A stretch of 64,000 nt of DNA from an uncultured Elusimicrobia bacterium (GTDB taxonomy: Bacteria; Elusimicrobiota; Elusimicrobia; 2-01-FULL-59-12), in contig OY969767.1 in NCBI GenBank assembly GCA_963702895.1, positions 640,001 through 704,000 of the forward strand, written 5' to 3'. Position numbers and translations under genes: made by a program. Numbering within the stretch: the stretch's first letter is position 1; every line of letters begins with the position of its first letter. Below the pieces are notes generated by a model that was not told the origin of the DNA, did no database searches, and saw nothing but the letters and a program-made list of their open reading frames with translations. Below, piece after piece: positions 29,565 through 39,873 of the stretch.

Positions 29565-30228
29565 CCAGAAGCCCAACACCCTTCGCGACAAGAAAGTCCT
29601 GATCACAGCAGGTCCCACACGCGAATACTGGGACCCTGTCCGCTATCTGTCGAACGGCTCAAGCGGTCAAATGGGCATGGCCCTCGCCCAAGAAGCAGCC
29701 GAACTTGGCGCACGCGTCACGCTCGTCCTGGGACCCACTCCAGGACCCCTTCCTCCCCGAAGAAAGAATGTCCGGGTCGTGAGCATTGAGAGTGCCCTCG
29801 AGTTGGACAAAACAGTGCAGAAACATCTCCAAGGAGTCCATTTCTTTGTGGGTGCTGCTGCGGTATCCGATTACAGGCCGGCCGTGATCGCCAGGCAGAA
29901 AATTAAACAAAAACCGCCCTCTCTGACCCTTCAGCTTTTGCGCAATCCCGATGTCATTGCCAACGTCGCACACCGCGGGCCGAACCGGCCGCCGGTGGTG
30001 GTCGGCTTTGCGCTCGAAACGAAAGATGTCATAAGACATGCCATTCAAAAGCTGAAGCGCAAAGGGCTTGATTGGATCATCGCCAATCGCCATGCCAATC
30101 TCGGCTCCTCCGACGGCTCCGTCACCCTTCTTTCACGCTGGAACGATCGCATTACCATTGGCCGCATGAACAAGGAGCGCCTCGCGAAGCGGATCTGGAA
30201 GGCGCTGATGGAGAGGTCCGCTCCGTGA
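29554..30228 (+). CDS. coaB: Phosphopantothenate-cysteine ligase (CoaB half)
   Basis: ITAGPTRE..DPVRYLSN.SSG.MG, AAAVSDY, VGFALET. Confidence 0.9.
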   Translation: MRVSQKPNTLRDKKVLITAGPTREYWDPVRYLSNGSSGQMGMALAQEAAELGARVTLVLGPTPGPLPPRRKNVRVVSIESALELDKTVQKHLQGVHFFVGAAAVSDYRPAVIARQKIKQKPPSLTLQLLRNPDVIANVAHRGPNRPPVVVGFALETKDVIRHAIQKLKRKGLDWIIANRHANLGSSDGSVTLLSRWNDRITIGRMNKERLAKRIWKALMERSAP

Positions 30229-30245
30229 GAGATCAGGGACGAGGG

Positions 30246-31040
30246 ATGAGGGACGAGGCTCGAGAAGTCATGGAACAAGCGAAGCAGTGGCTTGAGCAGG
30301 AAAAAGTTTGGGACGACTCGCTTTACGCGACATCCAGGACTGACGCGGTGACGCGTCCCCTTGCCCGCGCGTCAAACCAGGAGCGCGCAAGCGCTTTGGC
30401 GGCGCTCTACGAGCGCTTTAAAGACTGCACCCGTTGTCCCCTCGGCACGTCGCGCATCAAGTTCGTCTTCGGGGTGGGCAGCCCCGATGCGGAGGTGCTT
30501 TTTATTGGTGAGGGACCGGGCTATGAGGAAGATCGCCGGGGTGAGCCCTTCGTAGGCAAGGCGGGGCAGCTGCTGGACCGGATGATGGCAGCGATCCATC
30601 TCTCACGCAAGGAGAATGCCTACATCGCCAATATCGTGAAGTGCCACCCCATGGCCAACCCCAAGACTCCCGATGTGCGAGGCAATGACCGGCCGCCGGA
30701 ACCGGAGGAAGTACGGGCATGCTCTCCCATCCTTCTCGCGCAAATCGCGATCCTTCAGCCGAAGGTCATCATGACGCTGGGCTCTCCTTCGACGAAGATG
30801 GTCCTGCACACCCAAGCGGCCATTACAGGACTCAGGGGAAAGCTTGTACCCTTTGATGTGGAGCATTTCTACCCACCGCTTGATCCCCACAGCGTTCAGA
30901 TCGATGAAAAAACACGGGAAGCCCTCTCCAAAACACAGGTGCTCCCCACCTTTCACCCGGCGGCGCTTCTGCGCAACCCCAACCTGAAAAAAGAATCCTG
31001 GGAAGACCTCAAGCTTCTCAAGAAACTCCTTGAGCCGTAG
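30246..31040 (+). CDS. Uracil-DNA glycosylase family 4
   Basis: CTRCPL, IGEGPG..ED..GEPFVGKAG, NIVKC.P, TFHPAALLRN. Confidence 0.92.
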   Translation: MRDEAREVMEQAKQWLEQEKVWDDSLYATSRTDAVTRPLARASNQERASALAALYERFKDCTRCPLGTSRIKFVFGVGSPDAEVLFIGEGPGYEEDRRGEPFVGKAGQLLDRMMAAIHLSRKENAYIANIVKCHPMANPKTPDVRGNDRPPEPEEVRACSPILLAQIAILQPKVIMTLGSPSTKMVLHTQAAITGLRGKLVPFDVEHFYPPLDPHSVQIDEKTREALSKTQVLPTFHPAALLRNPNLKKESWEDLKLLKKLLEP

Positions 31041-31042
31041 AT

Positions 31043-31276
31043 TAACCCGGTATCTGTGCCGTCATCCCCCCCGGCTGTAAGGGGGGGACGCCACACAACA
31101 GGCGTCCGACCGCAGTGTGTCGGATCCATCAAGTCATTTTTGAAAATGATGGACCCCGTCCGCCACACGGCAGGGCGGACGGCCCGCCGGGCGTCTGGAG
31201 GGCCGGCTAGAGCCATGCCGGGGTGACGTCTTAACTTTTCCAGCCAATCGGGGTGACGAACTGGGGATTTTGGTTA
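31043..31276. mobile_element. MITE-like repeat (TA-ACCCGGTATCT...GGGATTTTGGT-TA) containing nested REP hairpins
   Basis: Degenerate TIRs of the same family; shares its right TA with the next element. Confidence 0.5.
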
Positions 31277-31498
31277 ACCGGAAATTTTCGGTTCATTATG
31301 CCTCATCGTCTGAACTCGATGCACTTTTTTGTGCCGTCACCCCGGCGAAAGCCGGGGTCCAGTTCAACGACGATGGACTGGATCCCGGTTTTCACCGGGA
31401 TGACGACTACTGCAGCGTAATATGAAAGCGGGCCTCAAGAGAGTTATAAACAAGGCTGTCGGTAAAGACACCTTAATAACCCCAGGAGGCCCAAAATC

Positions 31499-32542
31499 AT
31501 GATATCCATCGGCATTGATCATCACAAGAAGTATTGTCAGGTTGTGGCTATGAGGGAGTCTGGCGAGATTGTATGGGAAGGTCAAGTCCCCACACGGCGA
31601 GAAGGTCTTGCACAAGTTAAAGAGGCGATTCCTCCAGGAGAACCGGTGCAAAGTGTATTGGAATCTGGACGGAGCTGGGGCATTGCCTATGACATTCTGG
31701 AAGATCTCGGGATGAATCCGGTGTTGGCCAATCCTTATAGATCACGATTGATCGCCGACTCGTTTATCAAAACAGACAAAATCGATGCAACGGCACATGC
31801 CCTGCTGCTACGTTTGGGGGTGACCCCAACAATCCACGTGCCGAGTCGAGATCGGCGGGAACAGAAAGCGCTATTGCGGCACCGACTATGGCTAGTGAAG
31901 GGACAAACGGTGATCAAGAATCGAGTTCATGATTTACTCGACCGACTTCATGTTGACGTTCCCGAACGAAGCGACTTGTTTGGAGCGCATGGCCGGGCGT
32001 GGCTGAAGGCTTTGGAGCTTCCGGAGATGCACCAGCATTTATTGAGATCCCACATGGCATTGCTCGATGAGATTCGCGTCCAAATTCGAGCGACAGAAGA
32101 ATGGATTGATCGGGTTTTAAGGGATCACCCTTTGCGCGAGCTTGTCGATTCATTTCCTGGGGTCGGCAAGATCTTAAGTGCTCTGATGGCCTTGGAAATT
32201 GACACCATTGAACGGTTTCCGACGGCTGCGCGGTTTGCATCGTACTGTGGCGTGGTGTGTAGTACCTACAGTTCAGGGGGTAAGACGTATCACGGAGGAT
32301 TGATCCCGTCTTGTAACCGCTATTTACGCTACGCATTAATCGAGGCCTGTTGGACGGCTGTATCTGTATCACCGTACTTTAAAGCCTTTTATCAGCAACG
32401 AAGAATTCGAAAGCTGTCATCGGTCGCTATTGTGGCAGTGGCCAGAAAGATGGCAGAGATCATGTGGGTATGCCTGAAGAACAAGAGGAAGTATAAGGAA
32501 AAGATGTATCGATTTGGTCGAGTCGCCTTGGCGAAATCTTAA
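31499..32542 (+). CDS. IS110-family DEDD recombinase/transposase
   Basis: Same motifs as copy 1; first 80 aa identical. Confidence 0.95.
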   Translation: MISIGIDHHKKYCQVVAMRESGEIVWEGQVPTRREGLAQVKEAIPPGEPVQSVLESGRSWGIAYDILEDLGMNPVLANPYRSRLIADSFIKTDKIDATAHALLLRLGVTPTIHVPSRDRREQKALLRHRLWLVKGQTVIKNRVHDLLDRLHVDVPERSDLFGAHGRAWLKALELPEMHQHLLRSHMALLDEIRVQIRATEEWIDRVLRDHPLRELVDSFPGVGKILSALMALEIDTIERFPTAARFASYCGVVCSTYSSGGKTYHGGLIPSCNRYLRYALIEACWTAVSVSPYFKAFYQQRRIRKLSSVAIVAVARKMAEIMWVCLKNKRKYKEKMYRFGRVALAKS

Positions 32543-32632
32543 CGGAAGCCGCGTTTAACTGCAGCGTAAGGGACCCGGCCTCGAACCATTACAGTGTCCA
32601 GACGTCGTGGACGAAGAAAAGTGTGAGTACAG
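32525..32632 (+). ncRNA. Putative bridge/seek RNA of IS1111 copy 2
   Basis: Target loop GAAATCT (32533-39) and ACTGCAG (32558-64); donor loop ATTAC (32588-92) and AGAAAAG (32615-21); each pair is separated by a hairpin. RNA ends not determined. Confidence 0.8.
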
Positions 32633-32767
32633 CTTAAGCATCAAGACGAGGCGACGGTAAGAAAAACGCTCAAATAGCTAGTCGCACCACGGCCTACTTC
32701 AAAGGCAAGGAGAGACCTTTTGTCATTAAAGAATTTACTTGCGCCCGCTTTCAGAAAAGATTCCCGG

Positions 32768-33016
32768 TTAAAGGACCATTTTCACCTGCGGATGCTCCTT
32801 GAACGCCTGGAAGAGCTCATTCCGATGCTCTTCCGAGGTGACCCAGATATCAATATGCAGCGACACGTAGCGCTTTTGGCTGCTTTCCTTGGAAAAGCTC
32901 ACCCTGTGCTCCGTGCCCCGGGTGATCGCGCCCACCGCCAGGCGCAGTCCCTCCTCGTCGGGTCCGATCACCGCATACGTCCACCAACAGGGGTACTCAA
33001 CCTTCGCTTCGACCAT
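32768..33016 (-). CDS. DUF493/YbeD family protein
   Basis: VEYPCWWTYAVIG...S.ESSQKRYVSL...HPQVKMVL. Confidence 0.8.
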   Translation of the reverse strand: MVEAKVEYPCWWTYAVIGPDEEGLRLAVGAITRGTEHRVSFSKESSQKRYVSLHIDIWVTSEEHRNELFQAFKEHPQVKMVL

Positions 33017-33126
33017 GCGATCGAGATCCTATAAAAATTCTGAGTAGACAGAATCATCAATTCGTTCCACTTTGGCTCGGATGTGTTGCGGCGAGAGGGC
33101 GCCTATGATATCTTGGGCCTGACGAT

Positions 33127-35235
33127 ATGTTTATCGAAATTGCGATGAGCCTTCCCCTGGATCGTACCTTCCACTACGAAGTGCCGGCATCGCTTCCCTG
33201 TGATGAGACGTTCATCGGACGGAGGGTGCTCGCGCCCTTTGGCAAGAAGACCCTCGTGGGCTATATCGTAGGCATTCAGCACGAGGCGCCCCCCTTTCCT
33301 GTCAAACCCATTCAGAGCATTCTTGACCATGAGCTGCTCATCGATCAGCCCTTGCTTGACCTGGCGCGTTGGGTCGCGAGTCGCTACCTCTGTTCGTTGG
33401 GGGAGGCGCTGGCTTGTATTGTGCCGCCCACCCTTGCCAAACCGAAGAGACAAGGGGCAGCGGAGAGGCAAAAGCGGACGGAGGATGAGGAAAAGATTTT
33501 AAAGGGCAATTCCTTTTCTCTTTCCCCCGATCCCTCCCCCCTCAAATTGACGCCCGGCCAGAGCGCGGCCCTGACGCCGCTTCTCGCGGCCGTGGGAGCG
33601 CGGCAGTTCAAACCTTTCTTGATCCGGGGTATCACGGATTCCGGCAAAACAGAGCTCTACCTGCGTGCGATGGATCTTACGCTCGAACAAGGGAGGCAGG
33701 CTCTTTTTCTGCTGCCTGAAATCGCTCTGACGCCTCCCTTCTTCGACCGGCTGCGGGAGCGCTACGGGGAGCAGAAGGTGGGGCTTTGGCACAGTGGCTT
33801 GTCCGAGGGTGAGCGTTACAGGACCTGGACCGGGGCTCGCCGTGGCGAGATCCAGGTCATTTTAGGCGCTCGCTCTGCCGTGTTTGCGCCTTTCCCCAAG
33901 CTGGGGCTCCTGGTGCTCGATGAGGAGCATGAAGCGACGTACAAGCAGGAAGACCGACCCCGTTATCATACGCGGGAGGTGGCGCTGCGGCGCGCGGAGC
34001 TTAGCTCCAGCGTTCTCATCATGGGGAGCGCGACCCCAAGCATCGAAAGTTATTGGAAAGCCAAAGAAGGTCTCTACACCCTTCTGGAGCTCACGTCACG
34101 GGTTGAAGAAAAGCAGCTTCCGCCCGTCGAACTCATTGATCGAAGAGCGAAGGGAGATGGGCAAAAAGCAAAGGAGAATGGCAAAGAACAAGAACAAAAG
34201 GGGGACCTTCAAGCGGCCCGTCGATCATCCCCCACTTCTCGCTTCCCGCCCTTCAGTGTGTTTTCGGAGCCGCTCCGCCTGGCCATCGAACAGCGGCTGG
34301 CCCGAAAGGAGCAGATCCTCCTCTTCGTGAATCGGCGGGGTTATACACCTTTTTTGCGTTGCTCGACGTGCGGGTGGGTGGCGCGCTGTGATCGCTGCGC
34401 GATGACGCTCACGCTCCATCATTCAGAGTCATCCCCCTACATGCAATGTCATACCTGCTCACGAAAGCAAAACGTCCCCATTCAGTGCCCCTCATGTCAG
34501 AGCATGCGTGTTCGGCAGTACGGCACAGGGACCCAAAAGGTCGAAGAGGAATTGAAAACTCTTTTCCCATTTGTGAAATTAGGCCGTCTGGATCGGGACG
34601 TGGCCGCCAAGAGAAAGCAGCATGAAAACATCTATCGTGCCTTTGCCAGCCGGGAGCTCGATGTTCTGGTGGGCACGCAGATGATCGCCAAGGGCTTCAA
34701 TTTTCCAGGCGTGACGCTCGTCGGGGTTGTCGATGCGGATGTGTCGCTCCACCTGCCTGACTTCCGGGCGGCCGAACGAACTTTTGACCTCTTAACGCAG
34801 GTGGCGGGCCGCACGGGGCGAGGCAAGTCCCGAGGTCTCGTGTATGTCCAAACGCACCATCCGGACCATTACGCCCTCCAGGCCGCGAAGCATCATGATT
34901 ATCTGCGCTTCTATGGTCGCGAGATCGAGGACCGTAAATCACTGAGCTACCCCCCCTATTGCCAATTGGTGAGTGTCATTTTACGCGCGAGCAAAGAGGA
35001 GGCAGCACATGCCGCCTCCGAAGAGCTTTATGCTCGGCTGGAGAGCGTTCATTCTGAAGCGACTCTTCTCGGTCCCTCGCCGGCCCCCTACAGCCGCTTA
35101 CGCAATCAATTCCGGTATCAGATCTTGCTCAAAGGTGCTGAAGCGTCTCTCGCGCGACTTCTCGAGGTCCTTCGTGCATGGAAACCTTCCAAGGCCTACA
35201 TGAGCGTGGATGTGGACCCGGCGGATCTGCTTTAA
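33127..35235 (+). CDS. priA: Primosomal protein N'
   Basis: GKTELY, LLPEIALT, DEEH, SATPS, NRRGY, CxxC pairs, GTQMIAKG, QVAGRTGR. Confidence 0.97.
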   Translation: MFIEIAMSLPLDRTFHYEVPASLPCDETFIGRRVLAPFGKKTLVGYIVGIQHEAPPFPVKPIQSILDHELLIDQPLLDLARWVASRYLCSLGEALACIVPPTLAKPKRQGAAERQKRTEDEEKILKGNSFSLSPDPSPLKLTPGQSAALTPLLAAVGARQFKPFLIRGITDSGKTELYLRAMDLTLEQGRQALFLLPEIALTPPFFDRLRERYGEQKVGLWHSGLSEGERYRTWTGARRGEIQVILGARSAVFAPFPKLGLLVLDEEHEATYKQEDRPRYHTREVALRRAELSSSVLIMGSATPSIESYWKAKEGLYTLLELTSRVEEKQLPPVELIDRRAKGDGQKAKENGKEQEQKGDLQAARRSSPTSRFPPFSVFSEPLRLAIEQRLARKEQILLFVNRRGYTPFLRCSTCGWVARCDRCAMTLTLHHSESSPYMQCHTCSRKQNVPIQCPSCQSMRVRQYGTGTQKVEEELKTLFPFVKLGRLDRDVAAKRKQHENIYRAFASRELDVLVGTQMIAKGFNFPGVTLVGVVDADVSLHLPDFRAAERTFDLLTQVAGRTGRGKSRGLVYVQTHHPDHYALQAAKHHDYLRFYGREIEDRKSLSYPPYCQLVSVILRASKEEAAHAASEELYARLESVHSEATLLGPSPAPYSRLRNQFRYQILLKGAEASLARLLEVLRAWKPSKAYMSVDVDPADLL

Positions 35236-35277
35236 CTATTGATTTTTCGCGAGAATTCGTATAGAAATTAATTGTTC

Positions 35278-37218
35278 ATGTACTTAAGAGCATTTCTCAT
35301 CACGCGCTGGCTCGTGGCGGTCTTAGGGAGTGGAGGATGTCTTCTGTTGACTCCTGAGACAATCCGAGCAATCGAAATAGCGCCGGCGACCGCCGCTGAC
35401 ATCTTGACGGCTTTGGGGCCGGACGCCAAGGGACTGTTAATTCAACAGCAAAACCTCCCCGACCTCTTCACCTTGACTTCCAGTCGCATCGATGAGGACG
35501 CGACGCGCTTTATTATTGTGGAGCCCTATGTCGGTGGTCGCTGGAAGGATGGGAAAGCGATCATCGAGTACGCGCGCGATTTATCTTATACGCTGGTCAG
35601 CATTTATGACAAGAAAGGGCGGCGCCAAAGAATTTATTCTGTACGGACTCAATACGCTGAGCATTTGGCACGAATACAACAGCAAGACCAGGTCGTGATG
35701 CGACCTCAAGCTTCGGCGGCCACGTCGGCGCCAAAGGAAACCTATGAAAGGCGGCAGCCCGAGCCTCAGGAAACCACTGAAACGCGGCAACCCGCGCCTC
35801 AGGAAACCACTGAAACGCGGCAGCCCGCTGTGGTGCCCGTTTCAACACCCAAGAAAACCCCGAGCCGGGAATACGAATGGGATGAATCCAAAGGAGAGTA
35901 TGTCCCTTCCGGCACCGTGAAACGTCCGGCAAGGTCCGAGGCAGCCGAGCAAACAGAGTCGGTGCAAAAAGAGCGCTCCGCAGGCGCTGAATCCTCAGCG
36001 CGTCGATCTGGGAGACTTCGGCGATATCGTCTGAGCACGACCACCGAGGAAACAAGCGGGGCTGCCGTCTCGGGTCCAGCAGCGGGCTTATCCGGCACTT
36101 CTGGAGGTTCGTCACCGCCCCAAGAGATCTGGCTGCCCACCGGATCGCCATCCAAAGGGAAGTCCGCCAAGGGCACGGTGGTCGCCGCGGCGGGCGCGAA
36201 GTGGGTGGAGCGCAAAGATGTGAGTGTCCCGGAGGCTCAAGCCCCTGCGCGTCGAACCGAAACCCGGTCTGACTCTTCAAGGTCAAAGGTCCAAAAAGAA
36301 AAAGCAGTGGAAACGCAACGAGAAAAACCGATTCAAGAACCGCCTGTTGTGGCGCAGCAAGAACAAGTGAGCGAAGAGCTCCCGGCGAAGAAGAAATCTG
36401 ACGAAACTCGTATTCAGGAGGCGCCCGTGGTCGCACGTCGTGAAGAATCGCCGGCGCCGCGGGGCGCGGTCTCGTCTCCGGAGCAGGGATCACCCCAGAA
36501 GCCTTCCGATCGTGTTCATGAAGAGTCTGTCCCTTCCACGGAAGAGCTCCTGGTTTCACCTCCAGACGATACCCACAGGCCCACCGATGAAGGAGACGCC
36601 TGGGTGCCCAAGAAGGTTGCCATGCCCACGAGTGTGGATTCTGGAATTTCCGATGTCGCTCCAGAACCGAAAAAAGTTGCCATGTTACCCAAACAAGCCC
36701 CTGTCGATAATTCTGTCGAGAAACTGCTTAAAATGTCTCCCGGAGGGAAGGAAGCGGTGACGCGAGAAGGGGACTCTTGGATGCCCAAAAAAACGTCGTT
36801 GGAGACGCCAGCGACTGAAGTCCAATTGACCCAGGAAATTCGCAGGCTTCGTGAAGAGGAGAAAAAGCGCGCCGCGCCAGCGGTGAAAACTCCGATCAAA
36901 CGCGACATCAACAATCCGGAGGAAGGCGTTCTCCCGGTGAGCTCCTTTGAGAAAATGTCCGGGCCCATGTACGGCCGCCATCGGGAGTATGAGCGCCGTT
37001 TCTATCCCGGCAAAAAGGCGAAGAGCAAGGCGCCAGAACATGATTTTTATGTCGACGAGGTTGACCGTAAAAAAGAAATCCACAACATTTATTTTTACCA
37101 ACAGCGAAAAAACAAACCGCCCAAGCTGGTTGCTGTTCAGCGTCACGAAAAAGTGTCGTTCCGAGGCAATTACGACATCGACAAAGAAGATTCTGGCAAG
37201 CTCAGTACCTATAATTGA
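35278..37218 (+). CDS. Hypothetical exported protein with long low-complexity linker
   Basis: Long ORF with N-terminal hydrophobic segment, ordered-looking termini and a 33-bp internal repeat near 35750-35825. Confidence 0.7.
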   Translation: MYLRAFLITRWLVAVLGSGGCLLLTPETIRAIEIAPATAADILTALGPDAKGLLIQQQNLPDLFTLTSSRIDEDATRFIIVEPYVGGRWKDGKAIIEYARDLSYTLVSIYDKKGRRQRIYSVRTQYAEHLARIQQQDQVVMRPQASAATSAPKETYERRQPEPQETTETRQPAPQETTETRQPAVVPVSTPKKTPSREYEWDESKGEYVPSGTVKRPARSEAAEQTESVQKERSAGAESSARRSGRLRRYRLSTTTEETSGAAVSGPAAGLSGTSGGSSPPQEIWLPTGSPSKGKSAKGTVVAAAGAKWVERKDVSVPEAQAPARRTETRSDSSRSKVQKEKAVETQREKPIQEPPVVAQQEQVSEELPAKKKSDETRIQEAPVVARREESPAPRGAVSSPEQGSPQKPSDRVHEESVPSTEELLVSPPDDTHRPTDEGDAWVPKKVAMPTSVDSGISDVAPEPKKVAMLPKQAPVDNSVEKLLKMSPGGKEAVTREGDSWMPKKTSLETPATEVQLTQEIRRLREEEKKRAAPAVKTPIKRDINNPEEGVLPVSSFEKMSGPMYGRHREYERRFYPGKKAKSKAPEHDFYVDEVDRKKEIHNIYFYQQRKNKPPKLVAVQRHEKVSFRGNYDIDKEDSGKLSTYN

Positions 37219-39092
37219 CCGGTTTTCTCTTTTTCTCATCCTTCCTCTATTATCTTGCGGGTTTGAGCGGCACGGTCCCTGCCTATCGGGACTCCGGTGA
37301 CCTCATTGCTTCCATTGATTCCTTAGGGATCGCCCACCCGCCGGGTTACGCGCTCTATGTCCTGATCGGGAAGCTCGTGGTGACCCTCCTTCCGTTTGGG
37401 AATGTCTCCTACCGTGTCAATGTGATGAGCGCGCTGTTCGCTTCCGGGGCGGTTGTCGTTCTCTATCGGGTTCTGGTGAAAGTCACACAAGAAAAAAGCG
37501 TGGTTCCGTTGATCCTCAGTGGACTTCTGGTGGTTTCGCCCGCCATGACCGCGCTTGCCCGAGTCGCTGAGATGTACACCCTCTCCGCGCTCCTGACGGC
37601 GCTGGTGGTCTTGTGTCTTCTGTCCGAGGACCCCAGAGGGCCATCCTGGGCGGCCCTGTTTCTCGGGCTGGGGCTTTCCGTGCATTTGACGCTCGTCTTC
37701 CTTGTCCCTCTTTTTCTGATCGCACCTTCTCGTACGATCACACGCAGGAGCGCCCTCTTTTTCCTTCTCGGCTTATCGATCTTTCTCTATCTCCCTCTGC
37801 GGGCCGCGCAGGACCCGGTCCTGAATTGGGGGGACCCTTCGCACTGGCGCAATTTCTGGCGAGTGGTGACGCGCGCGGACTATGGGGGGTTGAAGCTTCA
37901 CCCCCAAGAGAGTGTCCTCGCCTGGACGCCCGCACAAATCTTTCGACAGAGCCAGTATTTTCTCACCACCTTTTCGCGAGATTGGGGCTGGGGGGGACTC
38001 TTTTGGGGTGTGGTGGGTGTGGTCGTCACGATGAGGCGTGATTCCAAACGGCAGGCATGGGCCTGGGGCGTGCTCAGCGCATGGCTGCTCGCCGGGCCCG
38101 CCTTCTTCGTGTTATCGAACTTGCCCTTGGAGGCCGCAAGCACCCCAGCGATCCTTCAACCCTACGTGATCCTCCCCCTGGTGTTATGGAGCCTTTTCAC
38201 AGCCATCGGGATCCACGCCGCGATCACCCGAACCAACCACAAACGGTGGATGACGATGGCGTGCGCGGTGCTTCTCCTCGGGACAAAGTCCTGGGCGTGG
38301 CCAAACACAAGGCATGATTTCTACGCTTATGATTACGCGCGCAACCTGCTGAGAATTTTACCCCAGGATGCCGTTCTGTATGATCCGGATGACACCACCC
38401 ACTTTTCGATCCAGGTGCTTCAGCTTTTGGAGGACCGGCGGCGGGATGTGGTCTTGCTCAGCTTTTTTCGCACACGTTGGGGCTATGAGCAGATCAAGAG
38501 AAGGTGGCCGGACCTCTTGCCGCCTATTCCCATGAGAAGCGGCGACGAACTCCAGAAGGCGCTCTGGGACTATGCCGCCCGCCGGCGTCCCTTTTTCGCG
38601 GAGCTGCCCCAAAAGTTTGAGGGGCGTCCTTACCGATCTTACGGCCTTCTTTACTCGCCGACAGGCCTCTCGAGCCGTGAGTTCAACGCCACCGCCTCGC
38701 GCCGGCAGAGTCGTCTGCTTCTCGAAACCATGCTTTGCCGTGGCCGCTGTGTGACAACATCGCACCAGGATTTCTTTACCAAGCATTTGCTCGGCTACTA
38801 TGCGGCAGCCAGGAGCAATCTCGGCCTCGAGTATGCTTCCGCGAAAGACTGGCCGGAAGCGGTGCGTTATTACCAAGCGGCGCTCGAGATTGATCCTGAG
38901 CTTTCCGCCGCATGGAACAATTGGGGTATCGCCGACTTTGAGCAGCGTGATTACGCTGCCGCCGCCAAGCGCTTCCAGCGCGCGTTGAACTTTGAACCCA
39001 AGAACGAACTCTTTCAAAAAAACCTCCACCTTGCTCAAGAGCATCAAGGACAAAGAGGATCACAGACAGGGGAAAGAGTGATGAGCAGGTAG
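37215..39092 (+). CDS. DUF2723/TMEM260-like GT-C membrane glycosyltransferase with C-terminal TPR
   Basis: DSGDLI...LGIAHPPGYALY, AEMY, YLPLRA...NWGDP, TPR motifs. Confidence 0.8.
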   Translation: MTGFLFFSSFLYYLAGLSGTVPAYRDSGDLIASIDSLGIAHPPGYALYVLIGKLVVTLLPFGNVSYRVNVMSALFASGAVVVLYRVLVKVTQEKSVVPLILSGLLVVSPAMTALARVAEMYTLSALLTALVVLCLLSEDPRGPSWAALFLGLGLSVHLTLVFLVPLFLIAPSRTITRRSALFFLLGLSIFLYLPLRAAQDPVLNWGDPSHWRNFWRVVTRADYGGLKLHPQESVLAWTPAQIFRQSQYFLTTFSRDWGWGGLFWGVVGVVVTMRRDSKRQAWAWGVLSAWLLAGPAFFVLSNLPLEAASTPAILQPYVILPLVLWSLFTAIGIHAAITRTNHKRWMTMACAVLLLGTKSWAWPNTRHDFYAYDYARNLLRILPQDAVLYDPDDTTHFSIQVLQLLEDRRRDVVLLSFFRTRWGYEQIKRRWPDLLPPIPMRSGDELQKALWDYAARRRPFFAELPQKFEGRPYRSYGLLYSPTGLSSREFNATASRRQSRLLLETMLCRGRCVTTSHQDFFTKHLLGYYAAARSNLGLEYASAKDWPEAVRYYQAALEIDPELSAAWNNWGIADFEQRDYAAAAKRFQRALNFEPKNELFQKNLHLAQEHQGQRGSQTGERVMSR

Positions 39093-39200
39093 ACGGTTTT
39101 CCCGGCCTGAGCGTTTCCCTCTGTCCCCTGGCTCTGCTAGACAATAAATACAGAAAAACCTTTAATGATGCACGTCCATGATTCTTGCCTCTCACCTGCT

Positions 39201-39710
39201 ATGAGTTTGCTGCCCATTGTCAAATACGGCGATCCCGTGCTCCGCCAACACACTCCCCCTATTCCGCGCATTGATGAGGAATTGCTCCAAACGATCAGCG
39301 ACATGTTCAAGACCATGTACGCGGCGCCAGGAATTGGACTGGCTGCTAATCAGGTGGGACTCTCCAAATGTTTTGCCGTCATTGACCTGCAGCCGGAGGG
39401 CCAGAAGCGGCCGCTGGTGATCATTAATCCCGTCATTGAAGAGCGCTCGGGCACGGTCTATGAGGAAGAAGGGTGTCTTTCGATCCCTGGGTTCGCCGCC
39501 AAGATCAAACGGGCCGCGAAAGTCCGCGTTCGCGCGCTCAGCGAGCACGGTCTTCCGGTCATTCTGGAAGGAGAGGGGCTCCTGGCGCGCTGCCTGCAGC
39601 ATGAGATCGACCACTTAAACGGGAAATTCTATATCGATCACCTGCCCCTTCTTTCCCGCATGAAAATGAAGCGCGATATCGCCCTGCGCCGCAAACAAAA
39701 CCTGTTCTAA
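39201..39710 (+). CDS. def: Peptide deformylase
   Basis: GIGLAANQVG, EGCLS, QHEIDHLNG. Confidence 0.97.
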   Translation: MSLLPIVKYGDPVLRQHTPPIPRIDEELLQTISDMFKTMYAAPGIGLAANQVGLSKCFAVIDLQPEGQKRPLVIINPVIEERSGTVYEEEGCLSIPGFAAKIKRAAKVRVRALSEHGLPVILEGEGLLARCLQHEIDHLNGKFYIDHLPLLSRMKMKRDIALRRKQNLF

Positions 39711-39714
39711 AGCC

Positions 39715-39845
39715 GTCATCCCCCGTGGGTTTAAACGGGGGATCCATCCATTTCAAATGGCGTCTCATGGATCCCGTCCGCCACACGGCAGGGCGGACGG
39801 CCCGCCGGATGTGTGGAGGGCCGGCTTACGACGCGCCGGGATGAC
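39715..39845. repeat. Composite REP element with nested CCGTCCGCCACACGGCAGGGCGGACGG module
   Basis: Same inner module at about 31156-31210 and 56250-56305. Confidence 0.8.
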
Positions 39846-39873
39846 AGAACGCAGTATCAGCTACAATACCAGT

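Larger units (their letters stand above)
31414..32759 (+). mobile_element. IS110-family (IS1111 subgroup) element, copy 2
   Basis: AG core, 7 nt, IR TGAAAGCGGGC (31423-31433) ... IR (32743-32753), GAAA, AG core. Confidence 0.9.
31275..32770. mobile_element. MITE-like repeat (TA-ACCGGAAATTT...AGATTCCCGGT-TA) interrupted by IS1111 copy 2
   Basis: TIRs at 31277-31287 and 32758-32768; REP pair at 31335-31405. Confidence 0.6.
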
